From: Vampirovibrionales bacterium
Lineage (GTDB): Bacteria; Cyanobacteriota; Vampirovibrionia; Vampirovibrionales; JAJTHC01
Assembly (NCBI GenBank): GCA_035285025.1
Contig: JAYKHY010000011.1
Location: 5,412-69,411 of the forward strand
DNA length: 64,000 nucleotides
Reading direction: 5' to 3'
Part shown: piece by piece, positions 52,427-63,557 of the stretch
How the letters are laid out: each line of letters starts with the position of its first letter
Position numbering within the stretch: position 1 is the first letter of the stretch
Translations under genes and position numbers: made by a program
The notes under the pieces: generated by a model
What the model was told of the DNA's origin: nothing
Database searches by the model: none
The model's input: only the letters and a program-made list of their open reading frames with translations

Positions 52427-52789
52427 TTACTGTGATTTTTTGGGAATAACTTTTATGCTGAATTCAGGGTGCGGTTCTTGTGGGTATAGTGCCGCTGCAA
52501 CTTTTGTAAAGGTATCTTTAAAAAAAAGTTGTTCCTGTTCATAGTCTTGATAAGGCATTTTGGGATTAGGCCGCGTGACGGCATTAATATAAAGCTGGCA
52601 AGGGTTGCTTTCAGTCGGTAAATTGATGTGTACGAGCGCACCGGCTTTAATATAAGGCCGGTTGCCAGAGTCTCGGGCATTGCGTTGAATGGCAAGCCGG
52701 AGTGCTCTGAGCGTACTAAAGTTTTTGAGATTAAAATTAGGAGCCGTTAGTATCAGTTGGTAACGCATATTTGCGCTAAGGCGCGTCAA
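52427..52789 (-). CDS. Hypothetical protein (~107-120 aa) immediately upstream of and co-oriented with the helicase
   Basis: 16-nt gap to the helicase start. Likely start is MRYQLILTAPNF. No recognisable motif. Confidence 0.35.
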   Translation of the reverse strand: MTRLSANMRYQLILTAPNFNLKNFSTLRALRLAIQRNARDSGNRPYIKAGALVHINLPTESNPCQLYINAVTRPNPKMPYQDYEQEQLFFKDTFTKVAAALYPQEPHPEFSIKVIPKKSQ

Positions 52790-52909
52790 AGCAATTAGTT
52801 GCGTAGATGCTTAAGGCATGGCAAACAATTGTTTTGTTCTGTAGATTAACTTTTCCCAATTTGTTTCAGCTTGCGTCGCCATCACGCTGTTTGCAAAGCG
52901 CAACGCTTT

Positions 52910-53228
52910 TTTATTTTATGGAATTGTTAAAAAAGGCTCTTTTTTGTGTGATTTAGCGAATTCAAGCAAAGATTTAGCTGCCTGTGCTAACGGTTCATCT
53001 ATCAGCGCATGGCCTGTCTCAGGATCTCTAGCATTACCCGCGTGAATCGCCAATTCTGTTGTTTTTTTTTAAAATTCCTGAGAAGGCAGTTCCTCAGGCC
53101 CGAACGATTTTTGCATAGCTTTCATTAAAGCTTGACGTTCTTGATACAGTTGTCTTGCCCGTTGTTGAAGCGACAGAGGATTAGAACTTTGACCGTTGAT
53201 TATTAAAAATTACCTACAGTCATACGTT
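52910..53228 (-). pseudogene. Small ORF remnant split into two frames at a T9 homopolymer (53062-53070)
   Basis: Manual translation of the minus strand gives …QQRARQLYQERQALMKAMQKSFGPEELPSQEF*. This continues in the +1 frame as KKTTELAIHAGNARDPETGHALIDEPLAQAAKSLLEFAKSHKKEPF…*. The frame switch falls exactly at the A9/T9 run. No intact ORF of at least 60 aa is present. Confidence 0.3.
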
Positions 53229-53268
53229 GTGATTGATTTCTTATTTGTAGCATAAACAGAAAAGAAGT

Positions 53269-55776
53269 TTACTCTTCAAGTTCGGCCACAATTTTGCTCA
53301 CGGTTGCCACTTCGTCGCTTTCATCCATCGCCTGAATCCGCACGCCGGTGGCCATACGGCTCTGTTTGGGAATATCGCCGGCGCGCATGCGCACCACCAC
53401 GCCGTTTGCGGATACAATCATCAGCTCTTCGTCATCATGCACCACGCAGGTGCTTTTAACACGGCTTTTCTCGTTCTTAAACTTCGTGCCAATCAGGCCA
53501 ATGCCGCCACGAGCCTGATCCCGGAATTCGGCCAGATCCATGCGTTTGCCAAAGCCGTCGTTAGTCAGTAAAAACAGGCTGGCGCCCCGGTTTTCGGCTT
53601 CTTTCGGGATTACGCTAAAATCCACAATCGTATGCTGCGGGCGCAAACGAATAGCCGTTACGCCGCGCGCTGAGCGTCCAAGCGGGCGAAGCTCTTTGCC
53701 GCTGTTAAAGCGAATCGCCATGCCGCCGCTGGTGCCGATAAACACGTCATCGCCATCGCCGCAAGGCATAACCCAGTTCAAGGTGTCGCCGTCTTCCAGG
53801 CCAATGGCAATCAGGCCGTTGCGGCGTATGTTCTCGAATTGCTCGAGCGTGGTTTTTTTAATCCACCCTTTAGCGGTCAGCATTACCAAAAATTTAGCCT
53901 CGTGGCCTTTTTCCATCGGGACCACCGCCGTCACGTGCTCGTTCTGCTCGATCGGGATCAAGTTAATCATCGCCAAGCCTTTCGCCGAACGACCGCCTTC
54001 AGGCAAATCGTAGACGCGGCGCTTGTACACGACGCCCTTGTTGGTAAAAAACAGAATCTCATCGTGCATGTGGGTGGCAAAAAAGTGCGCAACGTCGTCT
54101 TCTTCGCGGGTTTTCATGCCGCCTTTGCCCCGTGTTGCACGCTTTTGGCGCTCAAAGGTATCGAGCGAAAGGCGTTTGATGTAGCCTTGGCGCGTAATAA
54201 ACACGCCCATGGCATCGTTGGGCGTGAGTTCCTCGATGCTGAACTCGGAATCATCCCCGGCTTCGATGCGCGTGCGGCGTTCATCGCCGTATTTTTCTTT
54301 CAGCTCAGTCAACTCGTCTTTAATAATCGTTAGTACGCGGTTGCGATCGGCCAGAATAGCTTTGTAATCTGCGATTTGGGTCATTAAGGCTTCGTGCTCA
54401 CCCGCGATTTTTTCGCGCTCCAAACTTGTTAAGCGGCGCAGTTGCATTTCTAAAATCGCGTTGGCCTGGTCTTCGTCCAAGCCGTACTTGCTCATTAAGC
54501 CTTGGCGCGCCTCGTCGGTGGCTTTTGCGGCGCGAATCACCTGAATCACGGCATCGAGATCGCCTAAGGCAATCATCAACCCGGCCAATAAATGCGCGCG
54601 CGCCGAGGCTTTTTTAAGTAAAAACTGGGTGCGGCGTACCACAACGGTTTCGCGGAAGCTGACAAACTCGCTCAGAACGTCAACAATTCCCAGCAGGCGT
54701 GGCTGTTTATTAACCAGCGCCAGCATGTTAACGCCAAAGCTGGTTTGCAATTGCGTTTGCTTGAATAAATTGCGGGCCACTACATCCGGGTTGGCGTCGC
54801 GTTTAAGCTCTATTACCAAGCGCAGACCGTCGCGATCGCTCTCGTTGCGCAAATCGCTGATGCCTTCGATTTTTTTATCGCGCACCAGTTCAGCAATTTT
54901 TTCGGTCAGATTCGAGAGATCCACCTGATACGGAATTTCTGTGACGACAATCGCGGTTCGTTCCTGACGTCCGCCGCCGCCTGGGATTTGTTCTATGTGG
55001 GTTTGCGCGCGCATGATTACGCTGCCGCGCCCGCCTCTAAAGGCTTCTCGAATGCCTTGCAAGCCCATAATCGAGCCGCCCGTCGGGAAATCGGGGCCTT
55101 TAATGTAGGCCATCATTTCGTCGGGGGTTAAATCCGGGTTATCAATCAGGGCCACCAGGCCGTCAACCACCTCGGATAAATTAAACGGCGGAATATTCGT
55201 TGCCATGCCCACGGCAATCCCGCTGGAGCCATTCAGCAGCAGCACGGGTAAGCGTGTGGGCAGCACGTCGGGTTCTTCTTCAGAGCCATCATAGTTGGGC
55301 ACAAAGTCTACGGTGTCTTGCTCAATGTCTTCGAGCATGGTGGTGGCGATTTGTGTCAGTTTACATTCGGTGTAGCGCATGGCGGCGGCGTTGTCGCCTT
55401 CGATGCTGCCAAAGTTACCGTGTCCGTTGACCAACGGGTAACGACTTGCAAAACTCTGGGCCAAGCGCACCAGAGCATCGTAAACGGCCGTATCGCCGTG
55501 GGGGTGGTATTTCCCAAGTACTTCGCCAACGACTTTAGCGCATTTTTTAAACGGCTTTTCGGGCGAAAGGCCTAGCTCGTGCATGGCATACAGAATGCGA
55601 CGGTGCACAGGCTTTAAGCCATCGCGCAGGTCGGGCAAGGCACGGCCCACAATTACGCTCATGGCGTAATCCAGGTAGGAGCGCTTCATCTCATCTCGAA
55701 TCCGGATGGGGACAATTTTACCGTCGCCAAATAGATTGTTTTGTTTTGTTGCTGCCATAGCAGGCCTCTTATTCAA
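53269..55776 (-). CDS. gyrA: DNA gyrase subunit A
   Basis: [28 protein letters not shown] (active-site Tyr region), GyrA-box [10 protein letters not shown] in the C-terminal beta-pinwheel domain. 835 aa. Confidence 0.95.
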   Translation of the reverse strand: MNKRPAMAATKQNNLFGDGKIVPIRIRDEMKRSYLDYAMSVIVGRALPDLRDGLKPVHRRILYAMHELGLSPEKPFKKCAKVVGEVLGKYHPHGDTAVYDALVRLAQSFASRYPLVNGHGNFGSIEGDNAAAMRYTECKLTQIATTMLEDIEQDTVDFVPNYDGSEEEPDVLPTRLPVLLLNGSSGIAVGMATNIPPFNLSEVVDGLVALIDNPDLTPDEMMAYIKGPDFPTGGSIMGLQGIREAFRGGRGSVIMRAQTHIEQIPGGGGRQERTAIVVTEIPYQVDLSNLTEKIAELVRDKKIEGISDLRNESDRDGLRLVIELKRDANPDVVARNLFKQTQLQTSFGVNMLALVNKQPRLLGIVDVLSEFVSFRETVVVRRTQFLLKKASARAHLLAGLMIALGDLDAVIQVIRAAKATDEARQGLMSKYGLDEDQANAILEMQLRRLTSLEREKIAGEHEALMTQIADYKAILADRNRVLTIIKDELTELKEKYGDERRTRIEAGDDSEFSIEELTPNDAMGVFITRQGYIKRLSLDTFERQKRATRGKGGMKTREEDDVAHFFATHMHDEILFFTNKGVVYKRRVYDLPEGGRSAKGLAMINLIPIEQNEHVTAVVPMEKGHEAKFLVMLTAKGWIKKTTLEQFENIRRNGLIAIGLEDGDTLNWVMPCGDGDDVFIGTSGGMAIRFNSGKELRPLGRSARGVTAIRLRPQHTIVDFSVIPKEAENRGASLFLLTNDGFGKRMDLAEFRDQARGGIGLIGTKFKNEKSRVKSTCVVHDDEELMIVSANGVVVRMRAGDIPKQSRMATGVRIQAMDESDEVATVSKIVAELEE

Positions 55777-55985
55777 TCGCTACAGGAGTTTAAATTTAAT
55801 AAAATAATGTTGCATCATGCGTGCCAAGTCATTAGTTTAGCGCAAACACAGCTAATGCGGGATGTTGTAGGGCCTGGAAAAAATGAAAACTTGTGTTGGC
55901 TAGCGTATTTGTACCTTGTCGACAATTTTGTGCCAGACGCGTTTGTTGACGCATCTTGCTGTTAATGCAATAATATTGCAAAAGT

Positions 55986-56918
55986 TTGTTGAACTGTACG
56001 ATTGAGCAACTTGTCGTTATGGCGCTCGTGCCTTATTTATCGCAGCCTGTGGTTTATCCGCCAACTGCTATTCCCGCAGCTGGGGCTGCTGCGACTGCGC
56101 GAGCGTTTTATGCGGGCAATCAAGCGTTTATACCCCGGGTTGAGATTGGGCCAGCAGTTGGTGCCGGCTTAAGCGCTCAATTTGCCACAGTGCCTGCCAA
56201 AAATGCGATGCATGTGAAGCCAGGGCAAAGGGCGCCTGTTGCGCTTGCGAGCCACACGGAGCAAGCGTCGAACCGGCCGATGCATTTGCTGGGCGCTTTA
56301 GGTTATGCGTTGAGCGCGGTATTGATTGGACGGCTCGGACAAAAAAACGTGCCAGGACTATTGGCGAAAGTGAAGCCGCCTGCGATGAAGCTTTTTTCGT
56401 TAGATATTAAAGACTGGCTCAAAACGGGACTCGCGGTGCAAACGGTAAGCCAGATGAATCAGGCGTTCAATGTTTCGCCTCCACCTTGGGCGCTGGCGCT
56501 CGAAACGGTTACGGTGATGACCCCCCTGCTGCACGGGCCGTTAAACAAAAAAGGCTGGGCGAACCTACCGTTGCTTGCGCTCACTATTCCTGCGCTGGTG
56601 CAGGGTACGCATGCGCTCAGTGAGCGGCTAAATCACGTTCTGGAGAATACGGAGCGTCCTGTTCCCAAGTGGCTGCCTCAAACCGCGTTAAGTTTGGGTT
56701 CTGCCGTGGTTGGGTTTGTTGGCCTCAGAAGATTAATCCAGCACCCGACCTACCAAAAATTACTGGGTAAAGCAGGTCTGGCAGCCGCTGCAACAGATAT
56801 TATGGCGTGTACGCGCTGTGGTGGCGTGCATAGTAATCTGATTTGTACAACCGAGGTGGCCGAGGCGCTTGGTGGGGCGGGTGCTTGGTTACAATCAAAA
56901 TTTTCAGACAATTCGTGA
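55986..56918 (+). CDS. Hypothetical protein (310 aa), Ala/Leu-rich, possibly membrane-associated
   Basis: Long ORF with TTG start (alternative ATG at 56019). Divergent from gyrA. No motif recognised. Confidence 0.4.
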   Translation: MLNCTIEQLVVMALVPYLSQPVVYPPTAIPAAGAAATARAFYAGNQAFIPRVEIGPAVGAGLSAQFATVPAKNAMHVKPGQRAPVALASHTEQASNRPMHLLGALGYALSAVLIGRLGQKNVPGLLAKVKPPAMKLFSLDIKDWLKTGLAVQTVSQMNQAFNVSPPPWALALETVTVMTPLLHGPLNKKGWANLPLLALTIPALVQGTHALSERLNHVLENTERPVPKWLPQTALSLGSAVVGFVGLRRLIQHPTYQKLLGKAGLAAAATDIMACTRCGGVHSNLICTTEVAEALGGAGAWLQSKFSDNS

Positions 56919-57079
56919 GTTTCGTGAGCTTATAGACCAGTGATTTAAACCTTGCTGCTGATTTTTAAGGCGAGACATATGTGGCGCAAGAATTGAAATT
57001 GCTCTGGCTCGGTGTATGATGCGCTTAAACTAAGCTAGCTTTTTGTTAGCGTATCAGCCATCGCAAGCAAGGAGAGCGG

Positions 57080-57859
57080 GTGATGACGGTGAAAAAATCT
57101 TTTTTAAATAGTCTTTGTTCGCTGAGCATGCGCTATGCGTTTACGCACCGCACGGCAAGGCAATTACTAGTTTGGCTTGCGTTTAGCTTGCTTGTAGCAG
57201 GGCCCTCTGCGCATGCAGCAGAAAACGAGCTTGCGCTATGGGTGCCGGTGACACTGGAAAAAAAGATGCTTAAGTCTTCCAAGCACCCTGTGCGCTTGAT
57301 GTTAGAGGTGACACCCAGACAAGCTGATGATTTAACAAACTTTGAGCAACTGATTATTCGTCCTGCGGTGGGCGTGCAACTGACGAAGAGCATTTCGGTA
57401 TGGCAAGGGTATGCCTGGACGCCCCTGCTGTTTAACAACAGGCAGCAAACCACGTTTAACGATGAGCATCGGCTTTATCAACAGTTATTATTTGAGAAAA
57501 CGTTTTTTAAAAAGCTAGGCGTCACCAATCGTTGGCGCTTTGAAGAACGCTTTATCGAGGGCGAAGGCGAGGTTGCCTTGCGCAGCCGAAACCTGACCCG
57601 TTTAAGCTGGCCCTTGGATGCGCAAAAAAAATGGGCGGCGATTTTAAGCAACGAGACCTTTTTTAACTGGAACACGACCAGTCGCGATGGCATCCAGCGT
57701 GGATTTGACCAGGACCGAATTTTTGTGGGCATTAACCGGGAGTTAAACCCGCATGTTAACGCCGAGGCGGGGTATATGCTGCGCATTTGGAACCGCCCGA
57801 ATGCAACGCCGGATAAGTTCTCGCACATTATTCTGGTGGGCGTAAACGTTAATTTGTAA
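57080..57859 (+). CDS. Secreted/outer-membrane hypothetical protein (DUF2490-like)
   Basis: Signal peptide ending AHAAE. Beta-rich sequence with alternating hydrophobics. Confidence 0.45.
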   Translation: MMTVKKSFLNSLCSLSMRYAFTHRTARQLLVWLAFSLLVAGPSAHAAENELALWVPVTLEKKMLKSSKHPVRLMLEVTPRQADDLTNFEQLIIRPAVGVQLTKSISVWQGYAWTPLLFNNRQQTTFNDEHRLYQQLLFEKTFFKKLGVTNRWRFEERFIEGEGEVALRSRNLTRLSWPLDAQKKWAAILSNETFFNWNTTSRDGIQRGFDQDRIFVGINRELNPHVNAEAGYMLRIWNRPNATPDKFSHIILVGVNVNL

Positions 57860-57877
57860 ATTGCTTGCTTAAGTTAT

Positions 57878-57920
57878 AAAAAACGCTGCGTAGATGTTCG
57901 ACTCTACGCAGCGTTTTTGT
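57878..57920. terminator. Bidirectional rho-independent terminator between convergent genes
   Basis: A-run, 12-bp inverted repeat ACGCTGCGTAGA/TCTACGCAGCGT, then T-run. Confidence 0.7.
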
Positions 57921-57974
57921 ATTGTTTATATTTTTGGCGCGGTACCGCGCCGCCAATAGCTACTCCCGTTGTAG

Positions 57975-60149
57975 CTATTCCCGAATCAGGGCTTCGTGCA
58001 TCATGCGGCGCATTTCGGGCGTGATGTGGGCGGAATCAAAAATCCCGACCCCGACGGCACCCGCTTGGCGCGCCGCGGTGATTTGCTCAAGCAGCCGTTT
58101 GGCGTCCATGCCGTTGTAAGGCGAGAAAACACCCGTAATCACTGGTTTGCCGCTATTAAGCGTGCTATTTAGCACGTTTTGCGTGCTATCGGTCACGATT
58201 TTAATGTCGCTGGTCAACGTTAAGGGCACAAGCCAATCCACCCAACCCTGGTTTGCCCAGAGCGCCCAATCCTGATGTTTTTGCAGGACGGCTTCTCTGG
58301 AATCCGGGAAAATGCAGACCGAAAGCGTGATGGGCTGTTTGGCACGGGGCTTTTCTTGATCCAGCAGCAGGCGCACCTGCTCAACAAAAGAAGAGACCTG
58401 GCGCGCTTTAAAGGCACCCCAATCCAGCCATGCACTGGTTTGGCTGGGCGAGAGGTTCACCGGATCCATGCCAGTTTCGGCCATAAACGCTTGCCGCGCA
58501 ACATCGGTATACCCCCAGGTGGTCTGGTGGTAACTGAATTTTTCGGGGCTAAAGCTGCTGGCAAACCGAATGTAATCCAGTTGAATGCCATCAACCGGGT
58601 AGCGTTGAATCATCTCGCCAATCAGCGTCAGCAAAAATTGCCGGGCTTGCGGGTTGGTGGGGTCAATAAAGTAATGATCCATTTCAACCGTCGAGCTTTT
58701 AGGTTTTGCGGGCGCCTGTCCGTTTTCGAGCGCGGAGAGCTGGACGTTGGCCCATTGTGGGTAAGTTTTAATAATCGGGCCGCCGTCATCGATTTTGCGC
58801 GAGCCGCCGTAAAACGTTTCTATCCAGGCGTGGACTTTCATCCCGCGCTTATGGGCTTCTTCAATCCAGAGCGCCAGTAAATCGGTGCCGTTAAATTTTG
58901 GGTTCTGGTTGGGCGAAAGTTTGTACGCGGTGTAGGTGCGGGACGGAAAAATCGTGTAGCCATGGAAGTACGTTTCGAGGAACACGGTGTTCATGCCGGC
59001 CTGTTTAAACGCGGTCAGGGTTTCGGCAATGGCTTCGCGAGACGTTTCAATTGGTCGATGCCAAACGCCTACGGGTGCATCAAAAGGCAGCACCGCAAAG
59101 CGTTTGAACGCCAGGGTGGTCAGTTCCTTTAGCGATGTCATGGCTTGGCGGGCGGCGGCATCGGGCTGGTTTTGCTGAATCAGCGCATCAAACGAATTCA
59201 GCATGTTAAAGCCGCGCTGGCAGGCATCGTTGAGTTTCGCCTGGTCTTGGGCTTCGGCATCGCTGATGTACCGATCGGGCAGTTGGCCCGCTTTTTCTGG
59301 CGTTGTGCAATCCATGGCTTGCAGTTGATATTGCAATTGCAGGCGATAGGTTTCGGTATCAATGCTGCTGGTCACAACCTTGGTGTCAAAATCCACCGTG
59401 ATTTTAGCCCCAAGCGGCGCGTTTTCGGCGAGCCATTTTTGCCCGCGACCGTGACCACTCAGGATAAAATCGCCTTTGCTCTGCGGAATCACCGAGTCTG
59501 CGCCGCCGTGTTTAATCACGCGGCCGTTAACCACGGTAACCTCAAACCCAAAACGATTGGTGCCGGTCGAGGGTTTGTCGTACTCGCGGCTATACAGTAA
59601 AAACTGGTTTGACCCTCTGGCCCCCGGGAAACTACTGCCGATGGCGTTGTTTTTGGCGTTAGGGTTAATGGCGTTTAGCGCAAGGCTGGTTTCGGTAAAC
59701 AGGGTCTCGTTGATGCTAAACGTGCTACCTTCGCTCAGGGCATCCAGTAACGCTTTACGGCGCTCGCCCGAGGCAGACAGCACGAGGCCGTTTTGCGGAA
59801 TGGGACTATTGCCGCACCCACTGGGATTAGTTTTAAGGCATTCAAACACGTTCTGGACTTTAACAATTTTGTATTGCCCAGGTGTGTTGGCTATGGGTTC
59901 AGCAATCATCTCGACGCCAAAGCCGTTGGTGCGGGTGGATTTACCGTATTGCTCGTTAAAAATGATCAGACGATTTTCGGGCCGAGATGTGTTTTGATCA
60001 TCGACATCGAGCGATTGCCCGTTGGCGAGCATAATTTTTAGCGAAGCATCGGCAAACGCAGGGGAAGAAAAGCACTGAAAGCTTGTTAAAAAAGCTACCA
60101 ACACCATAAAAAAGCGCGCGATGCTAACACAAGAAAGACGCATCAACAT
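57975..60149 (-). CDS. Glycoside hydrolase-like GHL10 (YngK/YddW, UPF0748) family protein with signal peptide and two N-terminal repeated beta domains
   Basis: C-terminal ~400 aa match the TIM-barrel GHL10 pattern (MNTVFLETYFHGYTIFPS…, GIQLDYIRF). The N-terminus has duplicated NGFGVEM…/NRFGFEV… modules. Confidence 0.5.
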   Translation of the reverse strand: MLMRLSCVSIARFFMVLVAFLTSFQCFSSPAFADASLKIMLANGQSLDVDDQNTSRPENRLIIFNEQYGKSTRTNGFGVEMIAEPIANTPGQYKIVKVQNVFECLKTNPSGCGNSPIPQNGLVLSASGERRKALLDALSEGSTFSINETLFTETSLALNAINPNAKNNAIGSSFPGARGSNQFLLYSREYDKPSTGTNRFGFEVTVVNGRVIKHGGADSVIPQSKGDFILSGHGRGQKWLAENAPLGAKITVDFDTKVVTSSIDTETYRLQLQYQLQAMDCTTPEKAGQLPDRYISDAEAQDQAKLNDACQRGFNMLNSFDALIQQNQPDAAARQAMTSLKELTTLAFKRFAVLPFDAPVGVWHRPIETSREAIAETLTAFKQAGMNTVFLETYFHGYTIFPSRTYTAYKLSPNQNPKFNGTDLLALWIEEAHKRGMKVHAWIETFYGGSRKIDDGGPIIKTYPQWANVQLSALENGQAPAKPKSSTVEMDHYFIDPTNPQARQFLLTLIGEMIQRYPVDGIQLDYIRFASSFSPEKFSYHQTTWGYTDVARQAFMAETGMDPVNLSPSQTSAWLDWGAFKARQVSSFVEQVRLLLDQEKPRAKQPITLSVCIFPDSREAVLQKHQDWALWANQGWVDWLVPLTLTSDIKIVTDSTQNVLNSTLNSGKPVITGVFSPYNGMDAKRLLEQITAARQAGAVGVGIFDSAHITPEMRRMMHEALIRE

Positions 60150-60499
60150 AATTGAGTTACCGTCAGTTACAAACCTGTCAACGCGCTTACTTTAACCTTA
60201 AAGCATCATGTTGGGAATCTGTTTTATCGTCCGGGTGTTTCCAAGCGTTTAGATTTAGCTGTAAGACGGGTTTTGTTTCAGAGCATTTGGCATAGTGTAT
60301 GCGCTTGCGTAATTGTTTTGGCAATTACAAATCATTGTTTTTGAGCTGCGCTTAAAACGCTGAAAAATCAAGGCTTGCATAAAATGCGACGTCTTCAATA
60401 AGACCATCGGAAAACCGTTTACCTGTTTTATGCGGTTGAGTTTGCTTTTAATTGGCCTAACGCGTCTAAGGCGGGCCTTTATGGCATACTGCAGCTATT

Positions 60500-61969
60500 A
60501 TGTATACGCTCTTTAGGCTGAGTTATAGTGCGCTGTGGCTGATAATCCTGCCCTGGGTAACGGCGGCGCTACTGCTGAAGCAAAAACACCGCGCGGGGCT
60601 TGCCCAGCGGTTAGGGCTTTGGCCAGAGGCGCTGCAAGCTAATGTTGCGCTTGTGCGCGCGCTGCACGATGGCTCGGAGCAGGCTGCGTGCTATTGGATA
60701 CACGCGGTGTCGGTCGGCGAGCTTAACGCCATGAAGCCGCTGATTTTTGCGTTACTGGCCAAAAACAACGCGGTGTTTTTAACCACCACCACCCAAACCG
60801 CGCATAGCCTCGCGCAAAGCCTTGTACAGATGACAGAACTTTCAGCCGAGCTTGCCTCAGGCAAGCTGCTGTGCGCCTATTGTCCGCTTGATGCGCCGTG
60901 GCTGGCGCGTGATGTGCTTTTACGCGTGCAGCCTAAAGCCCTATTGATTGCAGAAACCGAGCTTTGGCCGGGGCTTGTCTTGGCTGCCGATCGGCTCAGA
61001 ATTCCGGTTTTGCTGGTTAACGGCCGAATCTCGCCGCGTTCATTTCAATCGTATCGGCGGATTAAGCCCTTACTTTCGCTGATTTTAGCGCGTTATCACC
61101 GTTTTTTGATGCAGTCTGACGCGGATGCCGAGCGCATAAAAACGTTGGGCGCGCCCGTTGAGCGTGTCTCGGTGATGGGGAATCTTAAGCTGGTGGCCGC
61201 CCCGGTGCAGCAGCACGCGCTAGAGGCGCAGTGGCGCCAGTGGCTCGGGTTGACTTTGCCTGACGGGCACCAGCCAGATTGCGCCCAGGTTCAAACTGGC
61301 ACGATTGAGGCGCGCCAATTGAACGACCTCAGTCCGCTTTACCCATATGTGGTGGTTTTTGCCAGTACCCACCGGGGCGAGGAACAGGCCTTGCTAGGAG
61401 CGTATCAAGCCCTGATAAAAGCAATGGCCGGCACGAAAAACCCAAAAATTAAGCTGGTGTGGGCTCCCAGACACCCCGAGCGCGTCGCCGAGGCCGATGC
61501 GCTTCTGAAGGCCGAAGGACTAGACTACGTCAAGCGTAGTGATTTATCGCCTATCCACTCAGATAACGTTGAAAACGTACCCCAGCTCCCTAGCATCATT
61601 TTACTGGATTGCGTGGGCGAGTTAAATGCGGTATTTGCTTGTGCGCAAGTGGCGGTGATGGGGAATAGCTGGGGGTTAGTGCAGCAGCACGGGGGTAAAG
61701 GCGGTGGGCAGAATCCGATTGAGCCCCTTATGGCGGGGTGTTTACCGGTGTACGGGCCCGATATGAAAAATTTTGAAGCGATTAGTGCCGGGCTTGCGGC
61801 TTGCCATGGGGCGGTTGCCTTAGCTTCTGTAGAAGCGCTCCCGGATGCAATTTTAAATGCGCTAACAGCGACAGTGCAGCGCGAAAGGCAGCTGGCTGCA
61901 GCTAAAGGCTGGATAGAGACGCAAAATCAGTCTCTGGCGCTTGCCTTGGCTGCAATTACGGGGTTGTAA
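60500..61969 (+). CDS. waaA: 3-deoxy-D-manno-octulosonic acid (Kdo) transferase
   Basis: WIHAVSVGE motif, CPLD…ETELWP, and a C-terminal GT-B half with GG…NPIEP. The N-terminal TM is present. It is ~60 aa longer than typical KdtA because of inserts. Confidence 0.7.
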   Translation: MYTLFRLSYSALWLIILPWVTAALLLKQKHRAGLAQRLGLWPEALQANVALVRALHDGSEQAACYWIHAVSVGELNAMKPLIFALLAKNNAVFLTTTTQTAHSLAQSLVQMTELSAELASGKLLCAYCPLDAPWLARDVLLRVQPKALLIAETELWPGLVLAADRLRIPVLLVNGRISPRSFQSYRRIKPLLSLILARYHRFLMQSDADAERIKTLGAPVERVSVMGNLKLVAAPVQQHALEAQWRQWLGLTLPDGHQPDCAQVQTGTIEARQLNDLSPLYPYVVVFASTHRGEEQALLGAYQALIKAMAGTKNPKIKLVWAPRHPERVAEADALLKAEGLDYVKRSDLSPIHSDNVENVPQLPSIILLDCVGELNAVFACAQVAVMGNSWGLVQQHGGKGGGQNPIEPLMAGCLPVYGPDMKNFEAISAGLAACHGAVALASVEALPDAILNALTATVQRERQLAAAKGWIETQNQSLALALAAITGL

Positions 61970-62014
61970 ACATACAGGCCTCTAAAAATTGCCCGGCTGA
62001 AAGCTGAAATATGT

Positions 62015-62659
62015 TTAACGATGTAGTGCGCCCTGAAGGTAGATTTTCGTTAGTTCAAGCATAATATTAACGCCAATTACGCCGCCCACAATGCACCATG
62101 CACGTTTGCTACCAATGGCTTCGTGCACAACAACGTGTTGCCCCTTGGCGTCCCAACTGGTTTCACCGTGTTCGTTAAGATCTCTGTAACTAATAAACAT
62201 GGTGACGATGTTTACCACGGGAACGCCCAACGCGTGTCCTTTTAATAGACACCGCAATTCTCTTATCGCGGCTTGTTTAAAACTTAATTTTTCGCCAGAT
62301 TTATTGTATACCCAGGTTTTGAGGAGCCATTTCCCTGGGGTGCTCCCGATTGTAGAGAGACAATAGGCGTTGAGGGGAATGTAACCCCCTAATATAACGG
62401 CAAGTATGGCTAAAATCCCCAGCATCAAAGCGACGAGCGACAGCAACGGGTTTATGACGGCTAATGTGGTGGCGCTTGCGGTCATTAAAAGTTCTATAAC
62501 AGTAAAATAAACCACTAAATTCAGGCCCGATGCAAAAAACCTGATCCAGGGGCGTTGTTGTGACACGCCCTCAATCGAGTGACTTTTTACGCCTAAAGAA
62601 ACATTGGTGCTGGCGCTGTACTGTGCCGCGCCGCCGTAGACGTTACCAAAATCAGTCAT
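62015..62659 (-). CDS. RDD-family membrane protein
   Basis: 3-4 TM helices and a GSTPGKWLLK motif typical of RDD proteins. The gene is somewhat AT-richer than neighbours. Confidence 0.45.
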   Translation of the reverse strand: MTDFGNVYGGAAQYSASTNVSLGVKSHSIEGVSQQRPWIRFFASGLNLVVYFTVIELLMTASATTLAVINPLLSLVALMLGILAILAVILGGYIPLNAYCLSTIGSTPGKWLLKTWVYNKSGEKLSFKQAAIRELRCLLKGHALGVPVVNIVTMFISYRDLNEHGETSWDAKGQHVVVHEAIGSKRAWCIVGGVIGVNIMLELTKIYLQGALHR

Positions 62660-63059
62660 TTTGTACAGTGCCTTTCAATACGGGGCTTTACTGGCGATGT
62701 TGTTGAGGTTGCGTGAGCAATGCGCTTGATTAAACACAGTGGCGCTAGCGGTTAGCGGAATTGGGTTAAAGTATTTGCTATACTGTTGCAATAACCAGGT
62801 TTTGCAGTCATTTGAGAAAAAAAATTCTTAATGTGCTCCATCTGATTTTGGGAGTGTCGTCCAAAGCACTGGATTCTTAAGGGCGATCGCCTACTGCGGC
62901 TGGGTGGCACCATTGCCAGAATGACTAGCCGGTTTAAATTGAATATTGTATTTTTTAGGCAGCTACTTCTTTTTTATCTCTTCAAAAGTTCTGTCTTCAA
63001 TAACCAGGCTAAACGTCTCGTTTAAATAAACATTTTACTAGCGTGAGCCAAGAAAATTT

Positions 63060-63557
63060 ATGGCATCTATTCAAAATTCTGCTGATTCAGGCCGTCAAAC
63101 CGACTCTGCTTACCTTAAAAGCGCCATGGACGTATTAAAACGACTGGGCTTCAGGTTGACGAAGCCCAGGTTGAGGGTTTTAACCCTGCTGGATACGCTC
63201 GCGCAGCCTGTTTCTGCCTACGAAATTCGGGACCGTTTGCTGGCTGAGCAAACTCCCGTTGATATCGTGAGCGTATACCGGATTTTGGAATGCTTGGAGC
63301 AAAACGGCTTGATTCACCGGCTTTTAAGCTCGGGCAAGGTTCAAAAGTGTCAACTAGAGCAAGAAACGTGCTGCGCGACGCCGCATCAGGCCGACCATTG
63401 CCACCATTTATTTATTTGCGAGCGTTGCCATACTGTTAACGAGGTGCATTGTCCTTTGGCGTTGGGCGATCTTGTGCGAACCATGGCCAATACGCTGGGG
63501 TTTCGGGTGTCTCGCCATAGCGTGGAGGTGTTTGGCCTGTGCAGCGCGTGCAATTAG
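63060..63557 (+). CDS. Fur-family metalloregulator (Fur/Zur/PerR)
   Basis: Winged-helix N-terminus (RLTKPRLRVLTLL…SAYEI) and metal-site residues HHLFICERCHTVNEVHC…C..C. Confidence 0.75.
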   Translation: MASIQNSADSGRQTDSAYLKSAMDVLKRLGFRLTKPRLRVLTLLDTLAQPVSAYEIRDRLLAEQTPVDIVSVYRILECLEQNGLIHRLLSSGKVQKCQLEQETCCATPHQADHCHHLFICERCHTVNEVHCPLALGDLVRTMANTLGFRVSRHSVEVFGLCSACN

